A stretch of DNA of 62,082 bases, filler included, from Pirum gemmata (lineage: Eukaryota), in the NCBI GenBank assembly GCA_002812295.1. It is 17 parts of 17 records of this genome, joined end to end, with 100 filler letters (N's around TTAATTAATTAA, not from the genome) between each part and the next. Parts side by side here need not be neighbours in the genome. Positions count along the whole stretch, not along the records: positions 1 to 3,357 come from PDIN01002650.1; positions 3,458 to 6,841 come from PDIN01002651.1; positions 6,942 to 12,073 come from PDIN01002652.1; 14 more parts are not named here. One strand, given 5' to 3'. The notes beneath the pieces are model-generated. The model searched no databases. It was not told where the DNA came from and saw only the letters and a list, made by a program, of their open reading frames with translations. Of the stretch, positions 1 through 10,204 are shown piece by piece (the stretch's first letter is position 1; each line of letters opens with the position of its first letter). The translations under genes were made by a program, and so were the position numbers.

Positions 1-31
1 CTAACCCTAACCCTAACCCTAACCCTAACCC
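1..31 (+). repeat. (CCCTAA)n telomeric-type repeat at window start
   Basis: Five perfect CCCTAA-type units abutting an open reading frame fragment. Confidence 0.9.
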
Positions 32-520
32 AGAATGTTGTAATTGATTATTACTCAAAAATATATTTTAATAACTCACAAGAAGTAACTTTTTCCGTTG
101 TATTAAAGGAAAGTGATAATTATGAACCTTACCCATCTCATCGTGAAAATGCTTACACACTCACTAATAATACTATAAAAACTCCCCAATACATTCTTCC
201 TAGAAATGCAAGAAATACATTCTTCCTAGAAATGCAAGAAAGGGTTTGTTTATAATACAAACATCCACTGCATGTATATGTCCTTGCTGGACTCCTACTA
301 CTACTACTCCTATTACTACTATACTCCTATTACTACTACTCCTATTACTACTACTACTCCTATTAATAAAAATAATACTAAACCTAATATTAACTGTAAT
401 ATGAATGTAGGAAGTAAAAATCCAATAATGTTACTTAAGTATCATATTACTCATTGTCTTGTCGCTAATTGGAATTACAACATTGCTTGTAAGATTTATA
501 AAATAAATAATTATTCGTAA
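32..520 (+). pseudogene. Decayed ORF with Thr/Pro-rich linker, unknown product
   Basis: Open frame NVVIDYYSKIYF...PQYILPRNAR is broken by an exact 26-bp tandem duplication (188-213/214-239). Removing it continues KGLFIIQTSTACICPCWTPTTTTPITT. A second 1-bp shift near 321 leads into TPITTTPITTTTPINK...NNYS*. Confidence 0.5.
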
Positions 521-686
521 AAAAAAAATTATTCGTAAAAAAAAAAAACGGAGATATAATATTAATATATTATAATAAAAATTATTCGTTAAAAAAAAAA
601 AACGGAAATATATACGTAAAAGTATATAAAATCGTGTAAATCAATAAAAAAACGGATAATAAATAAAAAAAACAAAATTTTTAACA

Positions 687-818
687 TTAACTGTCTTTAA
701 TTCGTTTCGGGGGAGGAGTGTCATCGTCTAGCGTCTTGCGTTTACTCTTGTTTTTGACCCTTTCACCATCACTGTCTTTAATTCGTTTCGGGGGAGGAGT
801 GTCATCGTCTTGCGTCTT
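687..818 (-). pseudogene. 3' fragment of a gene with duplicated basic NLS-like motif (DDDTPPPKRIKDS x2)
   Basis: A ~49-bp direct repeat (690-738, 770-819) lies in frame on the minus strand and ends at TAA 687-689. No start codon; a stop lies just upstream. Confidence 0.4.
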
Positions 819-965
819 GATTATGATTATTCACATTTGGATACTAATGGTATAATAAAAATGAATAGTGTTGTTCAACCAGGTACCGTCGAAAAGTTTA
901 TAGAAAGAGGACTAAGAGTGGACTAAGAAAAAAAAAGAAATTTTTTTCATTTTTTTCATTTTTGT

Positions 966-1065
966 ACTACGTCATTTTACTACGTCATTTTACTACGTCA
1001 TTTTACTACGTCATTTTACTACGTCATTTACTACGTCATTTTACTACGTCCATTTTACTACGTCA
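966..1065. repeat. 13-bp tandem repeat (ACTACGTCATTTT) x8
   Basis: Units start at 966, 979, 992, 1005, 1018, 1030, 1043 and 1057. Confidence 0.92.
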
Positions 1066-1070
1066 AATGA

Positions 1071-2335
1071 TTGATGGTATTAATTAATTATGGTAGTTTT
1101 ATTTATAGAAATTTAAATGATCAACTCAGACGTTCTATATTAGCTTTTTCGTTTAAGGACGTTCATGAAGTAATTATTCAACAAGCTTTTTGGATTGTTC
1201 ATTATATTTCGATAAGTTCACTTTTGTATAATCAAGAAAATATTGAAAAAGTTGTTAAAAGTAATGTTTTTAATATGGAAGTAATTCAATTTTACAAGTC
1301 TTTAATACTGTTACATTCAAAGTATTAAAAAATGTAACCAATTTTGAAACGTTTATTTTTTTGTATGACGATAGTAATTATGTGAGAACATTAGGTGAAA
1401 TTGTGAAAATGGCACTTATAAATACTGCTAGAAATGAATTTTATATTGCCAAGTATTTTATAGATGAAATAGATGCAATTGGAATGACTGAAGTAATATT
1501 TATTAAAATTTGCCGTGTTGCTTTTGGTAAATGTTTTGCGTTATTAGAATTTGTAGTTAATAAATACAAACAAAAATTTGAACATGCTTTATGTCGGATT
1601 GATGTGATAGTATAATAAGAATTTTAATAATATTTATTATAAATCGTATATTGGGAAAGGAGTAGAAGAAAATATATACAAATGCGCTGATATATTGATT
1701 GATAATGGTTCTATATTCCATACGAGTGATGCACATTTAATAAACATAAATCATTCTTATTTGATTTATTTTTATATCCGTCGTAAAGTTGAATTTTCTG
1801 CTTATATTATTGATAGGTCAATGGAGCAAAAAAGATACATGGTTGTTAATATGTTACTTAATTACCATAAACCATTTACACGTAAAGATATTATTTATTC
1901 AATTAAACAAAATCGGAAAGAGTTATTCCATAAATTTTTGGATGTAAAAGATTTTAGTAATGATGAAAATATAAAAGATAGTATTGTTAATGGTAGTTTA
2001 TATTACATAGAACACTTGTTTTGAATATTAATTATTCATATAGTATTAATATTAATGCTCTTTTTATTTGTATGAAAAAGAATTTAATTGATTTATTTTT
2101 TTTGCTTTATAATCATGGTAAAAAAAATAACTTTAGTTGGATTAAATCTTCCGCTTTAATTGATATAGCAGTTAAAAACAATCTACTTATGCTAGTTAAA
2201 ATTTTCCAGAATGATGAGATTGAAGTCTTGGGGAGTGCGCTTATTATGGCAAGTTGTTGTGGTTATCTAGAAATAATTGTTAAACATCTCAATCGAAAAA
2301 TGGTAAAAGAAGAGAATTTGCTAAAAATTACTTAA
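1071..2335 (+). pseudogene. Fragmented, intronless ankyrin-repeat-like gene
   Basis: Four consecutive same-strand ORF pieces (1071-1328, 1361-1615, 1695-2024, 2021-2335) carry ankyrin-like helices such as ALIDIAVKNNLLMLVKIF and ALIMASCCGYLEIIVKHL. Stops and frameshifts separate them; no splice signals are evident. Confidence 0.6.
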
Positions 2336-3017
2336 CTAACGGAAAGAGTTTATGTTATTTTCTAGCTTGCATGTTTCCGATCTTGCTCATTTTAATTATG
2401 TGGACTGTAATAGATATACCTACACGGACCTTAGTGCCAACTGAGGAAATCACTTATGCCTTTCACACCAAAACCATAAAAGAATATCAATGTGTTTCCA
2501 AAAGCGAAGCGTTTGAATACTTCTTCTTTGCTTTACAAATCTTAATCTTGACTTGTGCTTTGGTCACAGCTATTACTGGTAGGAATATTCCATCCGCTTT
2601 CAACGAGAGTAAACTGTTAGGCTTTGCTGCGTATAACGTATTTATGTATATGATAATCATATTTATCTTACACTATTTAACCGACTTAAATATGCCTACA
2701 TTGGAAGGATTCTTTGAACTAATCACTACTACTATAGTTTTGGTGTTGATTATATCTATCAAATTATATCATGCTATGAAAGGGCATGTCATGGACATGA
2801 CTGTCCAAACAAATAAGGAAACTAGTAGGAGTAGAAAAGCAAATTCCGTCCACAGAAGCAAAAGTATTACTGTTGAAAATGTTGAAAATGAGCGAGTACT
2901 CTATGTTCAAATTCGCAAGAATCCATGGTGACAATCACCAAAGCCGATGTTAATAACATTATTTATGATGGAAGTTCTGATTATTTAGAAATTGTTCATA
3001 GCAGTGATAGTTTATAA
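2305..3017 (+). pseudogene. 5'-truncated class C GPCR (7tm_3, GABA-B-receptor-like) TM4-TM7 plus C-tail
   Basis: Motifs LILIMWTVID-P, ECL2 Cys (YQCVS) and the class C hallmark GRNIPSAFNESKLLGFAAYN. The frame is open only from ~2284, so TM1-3 are missing. An apparent frameshift near 2893 gives a more natural tail STLCSNSQESMVTITKADV...HSSDSL* ending at 3017. Confidence 0.75.
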
Positions 3018-3357
3018 ATGAATGATAAAGCAAATCGATAGCCATAATCTTACTCACCCATGAAAGTGTATAAACAAATAATAAAAGTAAATCAATATAA
3101 GAATATTTAAATTATTATTTGTATATTATAGAATTACCTTATTTAATTAAGGCTATGGTATTCAGAGCAGATTGCAACGATAACTATTGTTACTATTACT
3201 ACTACTATTACTACTACTATTACTATTACTATTACTATTACTATTACTATTACTATTAATTATTACTATTACTATTACTATTACTATTACTATTACTATT
3301 ACTATTACTATTACTATTACTATTACTTTTACTATTATTATTACTATTACTATTACT

Positions 3358-3457
3358 NNNNNNNNNNNNNNNNNNNNNNNNNNNNNNNNNNNNNNNNNNN
3401 NTTAATTAATTAANNNNNNNNNNNNNNNNNNNNNNNNNNNNNNNNNNNNNNNNNNNN
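3358..3457. other. Artificial scaffold-joining spacer (N44-TTAATTAATTAA-N44); first of 16
   Basis: The same 100-bp spacer with a six-frame stop core recurs at 6842, 12074, 15570, 19101, 22611, 26092, 29581, 33098, 36575, 40031, 44790, 48296, 51758, 55264 and 58769. Most intervening pieces are ~3.36-3.43 kb, consistent with a size-sorted concatenation of unplaced contigs. Confidence 0.97.
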
Positions 3458-3814
3458 TAATAATAATAATAATAATAATAATATATAAATTTATCCTAAG
3501 TTTGCGATTATCCTAACCCTCCCTAACCCTAACCCTAACCCTTTTTATTATTAATCCCAACTTGATTAAGCTTGCATTGTACCAATAATAAAGTTTTTGT
3601 TCAAAAATAAAATAAAATTTTGTTTTTATTGTACATGTGTTATGGGAATTTAAGGTTAGGATTAGAATGAGGGAATTGGGGTTATGTTTAGAGGAGGTGG
3701 TTATTTAATTAAGGCTAGGGTTAGGAAAATAGCTATTAATATTGTATAATATATTAATTAATATAGGTATTGGTATAGACCGGGATCTAAATATATATTT
3801 ATCGTGTACATGTA

Positions 3815-3990
3815 TTTCAATAGTGTTGTCCAGTTCAAAAACTGAAATAAATGTACCAAAATTATTATTATGGTTAAACTATCAGGCATGTTTTAATTAA
3901 TTTGGTATTTTATACTTGATATCGTATTTTATAAACAAGTTCAATTATATACTTAAACAGTTCCAAATTAAAGATTGAGGGGACAACTGT
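3815..3990 (-). mobile_element. ~180-bp non-autonomous repeat (family F)
   Basis: CAGTTGTCC(C/T)CTCAATCTTTAATTTGG...GGACAACACTATTGAAAAACAC recurs at ~59420-59605, at 4985-5365 (interrupted by a family A copy), and partially at 15187-15340 and 48207-48295. Confidence 0.65.
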
Positions 3991-5013
3991 AATGAAATAG
4001 ACGATATTTATTGCCATAATGTTTGTTTTGAGTCGTAAAAAATAAGCCAAATTTTGCAAACTTATCATAATTCAACAATTGTTTTAATTGTTTATTATTA
4101 TTTTGGATGATAATATTGGACAAGCTATTCGCACTTTTGTACGTTAGAATCATTATAACTATGGCTAAAATGGCATAGATTTTCCACCAATTTATTTATT
4201 TATTTTTTAAGTTTATTTTTTATTTACTTTTTCACGAATTAATTTTACTTTTTATTACCTGTGTTAAATTATTAAGAATCAGTTTGTTTTCTTTTTCTTT
4301 TTGAATAGTATCAAAATATAAATGATCTTTGTCAAATTTAAGACTCTATGTTTTAATTAACTGAATAAAATAATAAAATACCATAAAAGGTTTTATTCTC
4401 GTATTAAGTGTCTATATATAATAATATAAATTTAAAACTAATACTTAATTAAGAAGATTAGTCTAACCTTAATCCTAACACTAACACTAACACTAATCAT
4501 TATTACCCGACTATGTCATAACCAAGGCAATAATAATAGTATTATATAATAATATAACATAATCATAATCATAATCATAATCATAATCATAATCATAATC
4601 ATAATCATAATCATAATCATAATCATAATCATAATCGTAATAATAATTATAGTTATATAATAATGATGATGATATTATAATGATAATGATATAATATTAT
4701 AATATTAGTGGTAATATGCATATGATAATGACAATGATATATAATGATAATGATAATGATAATGATAATGATAATGATATAATAATGATAATGTTTAATG
4801 CCTGTAATTATACAAATATTGACAATGACATTATTGATGATGAGAGTGACTTTATACAATGATGATGAAAATGATGTTCAGATGATAATCCTAGTTCCCA
4901 GTAAAAGAACTTACAGTTTTTCTTCCCTTTTATTTACACATTTTCTAACTAAGAATCATTAACTATCGTCTATTAATTGCATCACAGTTGTCCTCTCAAT
5001 CTTTCATTTAATA

Positions 5014-5198
5014 TTGTGCTTTTCATTTATTTTATCACTCTAAATATTTATTTGGAGGGTTATAATATTTAAATTGACATTTTTAAATCAATAAATAGAT
5101 AATAAAATATACCTAATTAAATTAAATGCATTTATATTATATTAATTTGGTACTATTTATTGTATATTTTATGACGACAAAATAACTGAAAAGCACGA
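5014..5198 (+). mobile_element. MITE family A (~185 bp; TIR NNGTGCTTTTCA(T/G)TTATTTTGTCA; TA flanks; Tc1/mariner-like)
   Basis: ~24-bp imperfect TIRs; at least 15 copies in the window. This copy is nested in a family F element. Confidence 0.85.
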
Positions 5199-5392
5199 TG
5201 ATGTTTAATTTAAGTGTATAATTGAACTTGTTTATAAAATACAACATTATTAAGTAAATACCAAATTAATTAAAACATGTCTTATAGTTTAACCATAAGA
5301 ATAGTTTGGTATTTTAATACGTTTATTTCAGTTTTTGAACTGGACAACACCATTGAAAAACACGATAATATATTATAATATTGTTATTGATA

Positions 5393-5577
5393 TTGTGCTT
5401 TTTATTTATCTTGTCACTCAAAATATTCATTTTGGTCGTTTGTAATATTTAAATTGATACTTCTAAATAAATAACTAATATAATAAAATATACCAAATTA
5501 AATGAAATGGATTTGTATTGTATTAATATGGTACTATTTAGTATATTTTATGATGACAAAATAACTGAAAAGCATGA
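5393..5577 (+). mobile_element. MITE family A copy
   Basis: Full-length match to the other copies, flanked by TA on both sides. Confidence 0.85.
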
Positions 5578-5608
5578 TATTATTATAGTGATATTGTATT
5601 GGTGGTTT

Positions 5609-5735
5609 GGGAACGTTCGAATAATACGTCACGTCAAGGGGTAGGTAGGTAGGTGGTAGGTAGACACTCGACAGGGGTATTTGAATTTTGAAGCTGTGTT
5701 TGACAGGAAATTGTCGTTACGTAGGCTCCGCTCCC
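5609..5735 (+). mobile_element. MITE family B, degenerate copy
   Basis: GGGAACGTTCGAATAATACGTCACGTCAAGGGGTAGGTAGGTAGG...CGCTCCC. Confidence 0.7.
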
Positions 5736-5785
5736 TTTTCAGAGTTTTTTCTTTTTTCAAATCGGGTCTAGCTTCCAATATAATA

Positions 5786-5981
5786 TCGTGCTTTTCGGTC
5801 GTTTTGTCATCATAAAATATACAATAAAGAGTACCAAATTAATACATTATGAATCCATTTAATTTAATTTGGTATAATTTATTATTTATTTATTCATTTG
5901 AAAATGTCAATTTAAGTATTATAACTAACCAAATAAATATTCGGATCGATCGCGGAGTGACAAAATAAATGAAAAGCACAA
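5786..5981 (-). mobile_element. MITE family A copy, inverted
   Basis: TCGTGCTTTTCGG...TGAAAAGCAC with the family A internal sequence in reverse orientation. Confidence 0.82.
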
Positions 5982-6107
5982 AACCTTACTGTATTCACGG
6001 TGTATTCACATAGCCAGGAGCCCAGTGAACACTGAGTAGCCCTGCTGAGTAGCCTCTAAGCCTCTAGCTAGCAGGTAGCAGCAGTGGTAGTCTAGTCTAG
6101 ACTATTA

Positions 6108-6357
6108 TAACCCTAACCCCAACCCTAACCCTAACCCCCTAACCCTAACCCTAACCCTAACCCTAACCCTAACCCTAACCCTAACCCTAACCCTAATTCT
6201 AATCCTAATCCTAACCCTAACCCTAACCCTAACTCTAACCCTTTACTCTAACCCTTAAGCTTCACTCTAACCCTTTACTCTGACCCTAACCCTAACCCTA
6301 ACCCTAACCCTAACCCTAACCCTAACCCTAACCCTAACCCTAAGCTCCCTAACCCTA
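6108..6357. repeat. Interstitial (CCCTAA)n array
   Basis: ~40 mostly perfect units. An oppositely oriented (TTAGGG)n array lies at ~6768-6840. Confidence 0.9.
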
Positions 6358-7112
6358 AACAAAAAACAAAACACGAAAATAATAAAACTGAAGTGGCTCA
6401 CTGGCTCAGGCCGCTCAGCTCAGAAGTGGTCTAGACTCTAGAGACTATATGATATATATTGCCATAATTGCTAATAATTATATAATTACTAAAACAGGAA
6501 TGTTTAAATTCTAACTTAAAATTCTCAACTTTGGAACGCCTAACCCTCGACATAACCTAACCAGACACCTAACCTTTATTATCGCCCTAACCCCAACCCC
6601 AACCCTAATTATAACTCAAACTGTAACCCTGACCCTAACCTTCTTAATTAACTGCGAGTAACGTAAAACCCAAATCATAATCGGAATTAATTATATAAAC
6701 CTTGACTACTCCATAGCCAAAATCAATGATGTAAATAACTATCAACCATTGAAATGAAGACATGAGTTAGGATTGGGATAAGAGTTAGGGTTAGGGTAGG
6801 GTTAGGGTTAGGGTTAGGGTTAGGGTTAGGGTTAGGGTTAANNNNNNNNNNNNNNNNNNNNNNNNNNNNNNNNNNNNNNNNNNNNTTAATTAATTAANNN
6901 NNNNNNNNNNNNNNNNNNNNNNNNNNNNNNNNNNNNNNNNNCACCAGCCACCACCAGCCACCACCAGCCACCACCAGCCACCACCAGCCACCACCAGCCA
7001 CCACCAACCACCACCAGCCACCACCAGCCACCCCACCCACCACCACTGTTATGTATCCATTTTGAATGTTGTTTCCCTTTTTTTACACTTGCTTTTATTT
7101 TGTTCACTGCAG

Positions 7113-7442
7113 AAACAAGAAACTGGAAAAGAGGCACAGAAATATAGTAGTGGAAGAAAATATGACGATTTATTGAAATTCTGTAAAGATAATTTAGAAG
7201 TTCTGTGCGAAGTATCAGCTCCTGATAAATGTACTGATAAGGAAAAGAAATTTATCGAGAAACAAAACGGCAAAGATGCGGCTGCAAGAAAGAAGGAATT
7301 GGCGAGATTAGAAGGAATGAAAGGAAAAGGAATGAAACCAGAGCTTGTTCAGTGGTTATTTCAACGTATTAATATTTTGAAACAAATGGTTGATGCAGAC
7401 GAGAAAGATGGTGGTGCTAAAGACGAAAAAGAAGAACTTTAA
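7113..7442 (+). CDS. Last exon of a selenocysteine PDI-like (EhSEP2-type) ER protein, ending KEEL
   Basis: Polypyrimidine tract and CTGCAG acceptor at 7112 (phase 0). Encodes KQETGKEAQKYSSGRKYDDLLKFCKDNL (thioredoxin-fold end, YxGxR-like), a Cys pair, an ERp29C-like helical tail WLFQRINILKQM and the ER-retention signal KEEL*. Phase matches the donor at 8518. Confidence 0.85.
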   Translation, partial: KQETGKEAQKYSSGRKYDDLLKFCKDNLEVLCEVSAPDKCTDKEKKFIEKQNGKDAAARKKELARLEGMKGKGMKPELVQWLFQRINILKQMVDADEKDGGAKDEKEEL

Positions 7443-7644
7443 TACCTTTAATTACCAAAGGGTCTTATTAGAAAAAGAAAGATAATATGTATTTCTATCC
7501 TTTTTACTTTTTTAAATTTAAGAATTTTATTAGTGAAAAGAGAATTCATTGTTTTCGATTAATTGCAGAAAAGAAGGAAAAATGCATATTTAAATTTTAA
7601 AAAGATTGAGCAATTTATTTTTTTTCAATGTTATAGTGATTTGA

Positions 7645-7715
7645 TAACGCTATGATGGATACTGTGCAAACCGTTTTTAATTGATGGACATGGCTATCTA
7701 GAAATTTTAATGTTG
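7645..7715 (+). promoter_or_regulatory. Eukaryotic type II SECIS element in 3' UTR
   Basis: AUGA core at 7652-7655. Helix II GGAUA-CUGUG (7657-7666) pairs with CAUGG-C-UAUCU (7689-7699). Unpaired AAA at 7668-7670; apical mini-stem CCGUU/GAUGG; GA partner at 7701-7702; helix I UAACG/UGUUG. It lies ~200 nt after the KEEL stop. Confidence 0.8.
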
Positions 7716-7983
7716 ATTTTCAATGGTAGAATGATTTGGGATTATGGCTTTTCCTATAAATCATGTTTACCATTGGATCTATATCACGTTAATTGTTTTT
7801 TTCGAATCATTTATAACTTGGTTTTAAAATATTTTGATCTCTTGCTTTTTATTTTTCTTTTTTTCCATTTTATTATTACTTTTCTAATATGCCCTAAAAA
7901 AAATAAAGTGTTATTAAATTATTATTATTTATTATTATNNNNNNNNNNNNNNNNNNNNNNNNNNNNNNNNNNNNNNNNNNNNN

Positions 7984-8040
<57 letters not shown>

Positions 8041-8276
8041 CAATAATCGTGTTGTTGTTGTTGTTGTTGCTGCTGCTATTACTACTACTACTGCTACTAC
8101 TACTACTACTGTTATTATTATCGGTATTGTCAATATCAATCACTAAAATCGGTTTCTAAATATTGTCTCCTAACCCGGGTTAGCTTAACCCTAACCCAGT
8201 CATGTTGCCATTATTCACACAACCTCCTTTTCTACCTACTTTTATTGTTGTTAATATCAATTATTTAATTTTTCAG

Positions 8277-8517
8277 TGGCGCGGATTTAACAGCGGCACA
8301 TTTTGACAAAGAAGTATTGGGCAGTGGTAAAAATGCACTTGTCAAATTTTTAGCTCCTTGGTGAGGACACTGTAAAGCCATGAAACCCGATTGGAAAAAG
8401 CTAACAAAAGAGTTCGAAGGTTCATCTTCTGTTTTGATTGCTGATGTAGACTGTACAGTAGAGAAGGAACTTTGTCAAAAACACGAAATCAAAGGATACC
8501 CAACTATTAATTATTAT
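8277..8517 (+). CDS. Thioredoxin-domain exon of a selenoprotein PDI-like gene (UGHC active site)
   Basis: TTTCAG acceptor at 8276. Reads GADLTAAHFDKEVLGSGKNALVKFLAPW-TGA(8362-8364)-GHCKAMKPDWKKL...IADVDCT...GYPTINYY, then a GT donor at 8518. The TGA falls exactly at the first Cys of the WCGHC motif, and PDI-like conservation continues on both sides. Confidence 0.9.
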
Positions 8518-8570
<53 letters not shown>

Positions 8571-8604
8571 AAAAAGNNNNNNNNNNNNNNNNNNNNNNNN
8601 NNNN

Positions 8605-8938
8605 GGGTTTAACGCATCCGTTGGTTTTAACGCATCGGTTGGTTTTAACGCATCGGTTGGGTTTAACGCATCGGTTGCAATCGGTTTTAACGCATCGGTT
8701 GCAATTGGGTTTAACGCATCGGTTGGTTTTAACGCATCGGTTGGTTTTAACGCATCGGTTGGGTTTAACGCATCGGTTGCAATTGGGTTTAACGCATCCG
8801 TTGGTTTTAACGCATCGGTTGGTTTTAACGCATTGGTTGGTTTTAACTCATCGGTTGGTTTTAACGCGCATCGGTTGGTTTTAACGCATCGGTTGGTTTT
8901 AACGCATCGGTTGGTTTTAACGCATCGGTTGGTTTTAA
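8605..8938. repeat. 18-bp minisatellite (GGTTTTAACGCATCGGTT)n
   Basis: ~17 near-identical units, some with a GCAAT(T/C) insert; no unique spacers. Confidence 0.9.
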
Positions 8939-8961
8939 GGCAGGATTTTATCTCCTCACAG

Positions 8962-9216
8962 ATAAAGATGATCGAATTAAATGTAAATGTGGTGATGATG
9001 AGCAACATTATAATCATACAAGTGAAGTAACGTTGGCGAAGCTAACTGGCAAAACCAAAAAGTATGGATGTATGTTTCTGATGAATTTACTACTAGCTAT
9101 ATATAGGTGTGAACGTAAACATATATATGCATGAATATATTAATGAATATAGATCTACAGTATGGTTATTCAAATGTACTCAGGAAAAGTTTTATCTAAT
9201 TGTTCCATTTTACTAA
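8962..9216 (+). CDS. Possible two 3' exons of an unidentified gene (8962-9069, 9161-9216)
   Basis: CTCACAG acceptor, 108-bp open exon KDDRIKCKCGDDEQHY...KYG, GTATGT donor, then a CTACAG acceptor continuing LWLFKCTQEKFYLIVPFY*. No recognisable domain. Confidence 0.3.
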
Positions 9217-10204
9217 CAATACATTCTGATGCCATAATTTTTTTTTAATGTATATATATATATTAATATGCGAATTGGCGCAGTGGCAATCATATTATAA
9301 ATTGTAACCCCACTGCAAATAGTGATGAAATTTGCAATTTATATGATTACAAAACATATTAATATTAATATATATCGCTCCAAATTTTGAACTTACTTTT
9401 ACGATTTTTAAATTGAAAAATTGATCATGAATTGTGTAAAACTTATACGATGATTTTGTAAAAGATCGATATCCATATGAGGGTATTAATAATAACGTTT
9501 TATTTTTTATACGAAGACCTTTCTATATAAATACAACATAGAGTCCATGAAATCGTTGTCTCAATTATTATTTTTGTTATTATTGCAACCACTACGCTAA
9601 CTTGAATATTAATTAAAACTTTAATATAAATTTAAAATTATATATCAATGTATAATTATAATGTACATGTATATTAATATTATGCGATAATTTCCCCTCT
9701 CGATCCTGTGAATGAAAAAAAAGTATGTTTCGAATTCAGTTAGACAGTGTTAGACTATATAATTTATATTATATTAATAATAATTATATATATGATTATA
9801 GAGCATGTGGGGATATAAGGGAAACAGGACTTGCCATTTGATATCTTGGTTTTTGATTGATTATTATACTTTGAATACGGGGATATTATATATATACAGG
9901 TGCCACTTTAACTTACTAACTTAACTCGTTACTGCGGTATGTGTACGTAGTTTAAAACCATAACCCTAACCCTTGAATGATTATTGGTATTATTGTTGTT
10001 AATTTTTTGAAAAAACTAAAAAAAAAATTGCATGCGATGCGTGGGGACATTTATTTATTATTACGGTACCGGTACAATAATAATAATAATATAATATCAT
10101 ATATATACTAATAATAATAAAAACCTAGTCTGAAAATTTATTATTCATCACGATATTCACCAATTTTTTTCCACAAACATTTCAAATTGGAATATGAACA
10201 GATT

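Noticed and set aside
3187..3357. Poly-L/IT, poly-Y, poly-V, poly-S, poly-K/F and poly-I ORFs here and at 4653, 7710-8143, 12604, 13170-13491, 22655-23226, 29625, 31396, 42685, 44937 and 54996-55534
   Set aside because: They are translations of (TAT)n, (TAC)n, (ATTACT)n, (GAT)n or poly-A microsatellites with no other coding signal.
3402..3413. Recurrent TTAATTAATTAA motif every ~3.4 kb as a biological repeat
   Set aside because: It is always centred in exactly 44+44 Ns: an artificial six-frame-stop linker.
7062..7112. N-terminal 'signal peptide' MNVVSLFLHLLLFCSLQ of ORF 7062-7442
   Set aside because: It is the intron polypyrimidine tract ending in the CTGCAG acceptor; the true exon starts at 7113.
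8362..8364. TGA as a pseudogene stop or as an alternative genetic code (UGA=Trp/Cys)
   Set aside because: It sits precisely at the catalytic Cys position with a SECIS available. Other genes here use TGG and TGT/TGC normally and show no further in-frame TGA.
8605..8938. CRISPR-like array or repeat-protein ORFs (LKPTDA / VLTHRL)
   Set aside because: Units are contiguous with no unique spacers, there are no cas genes and the context is eukaryotic. The ORFs are by-products of an 18-bp stop-free unit.
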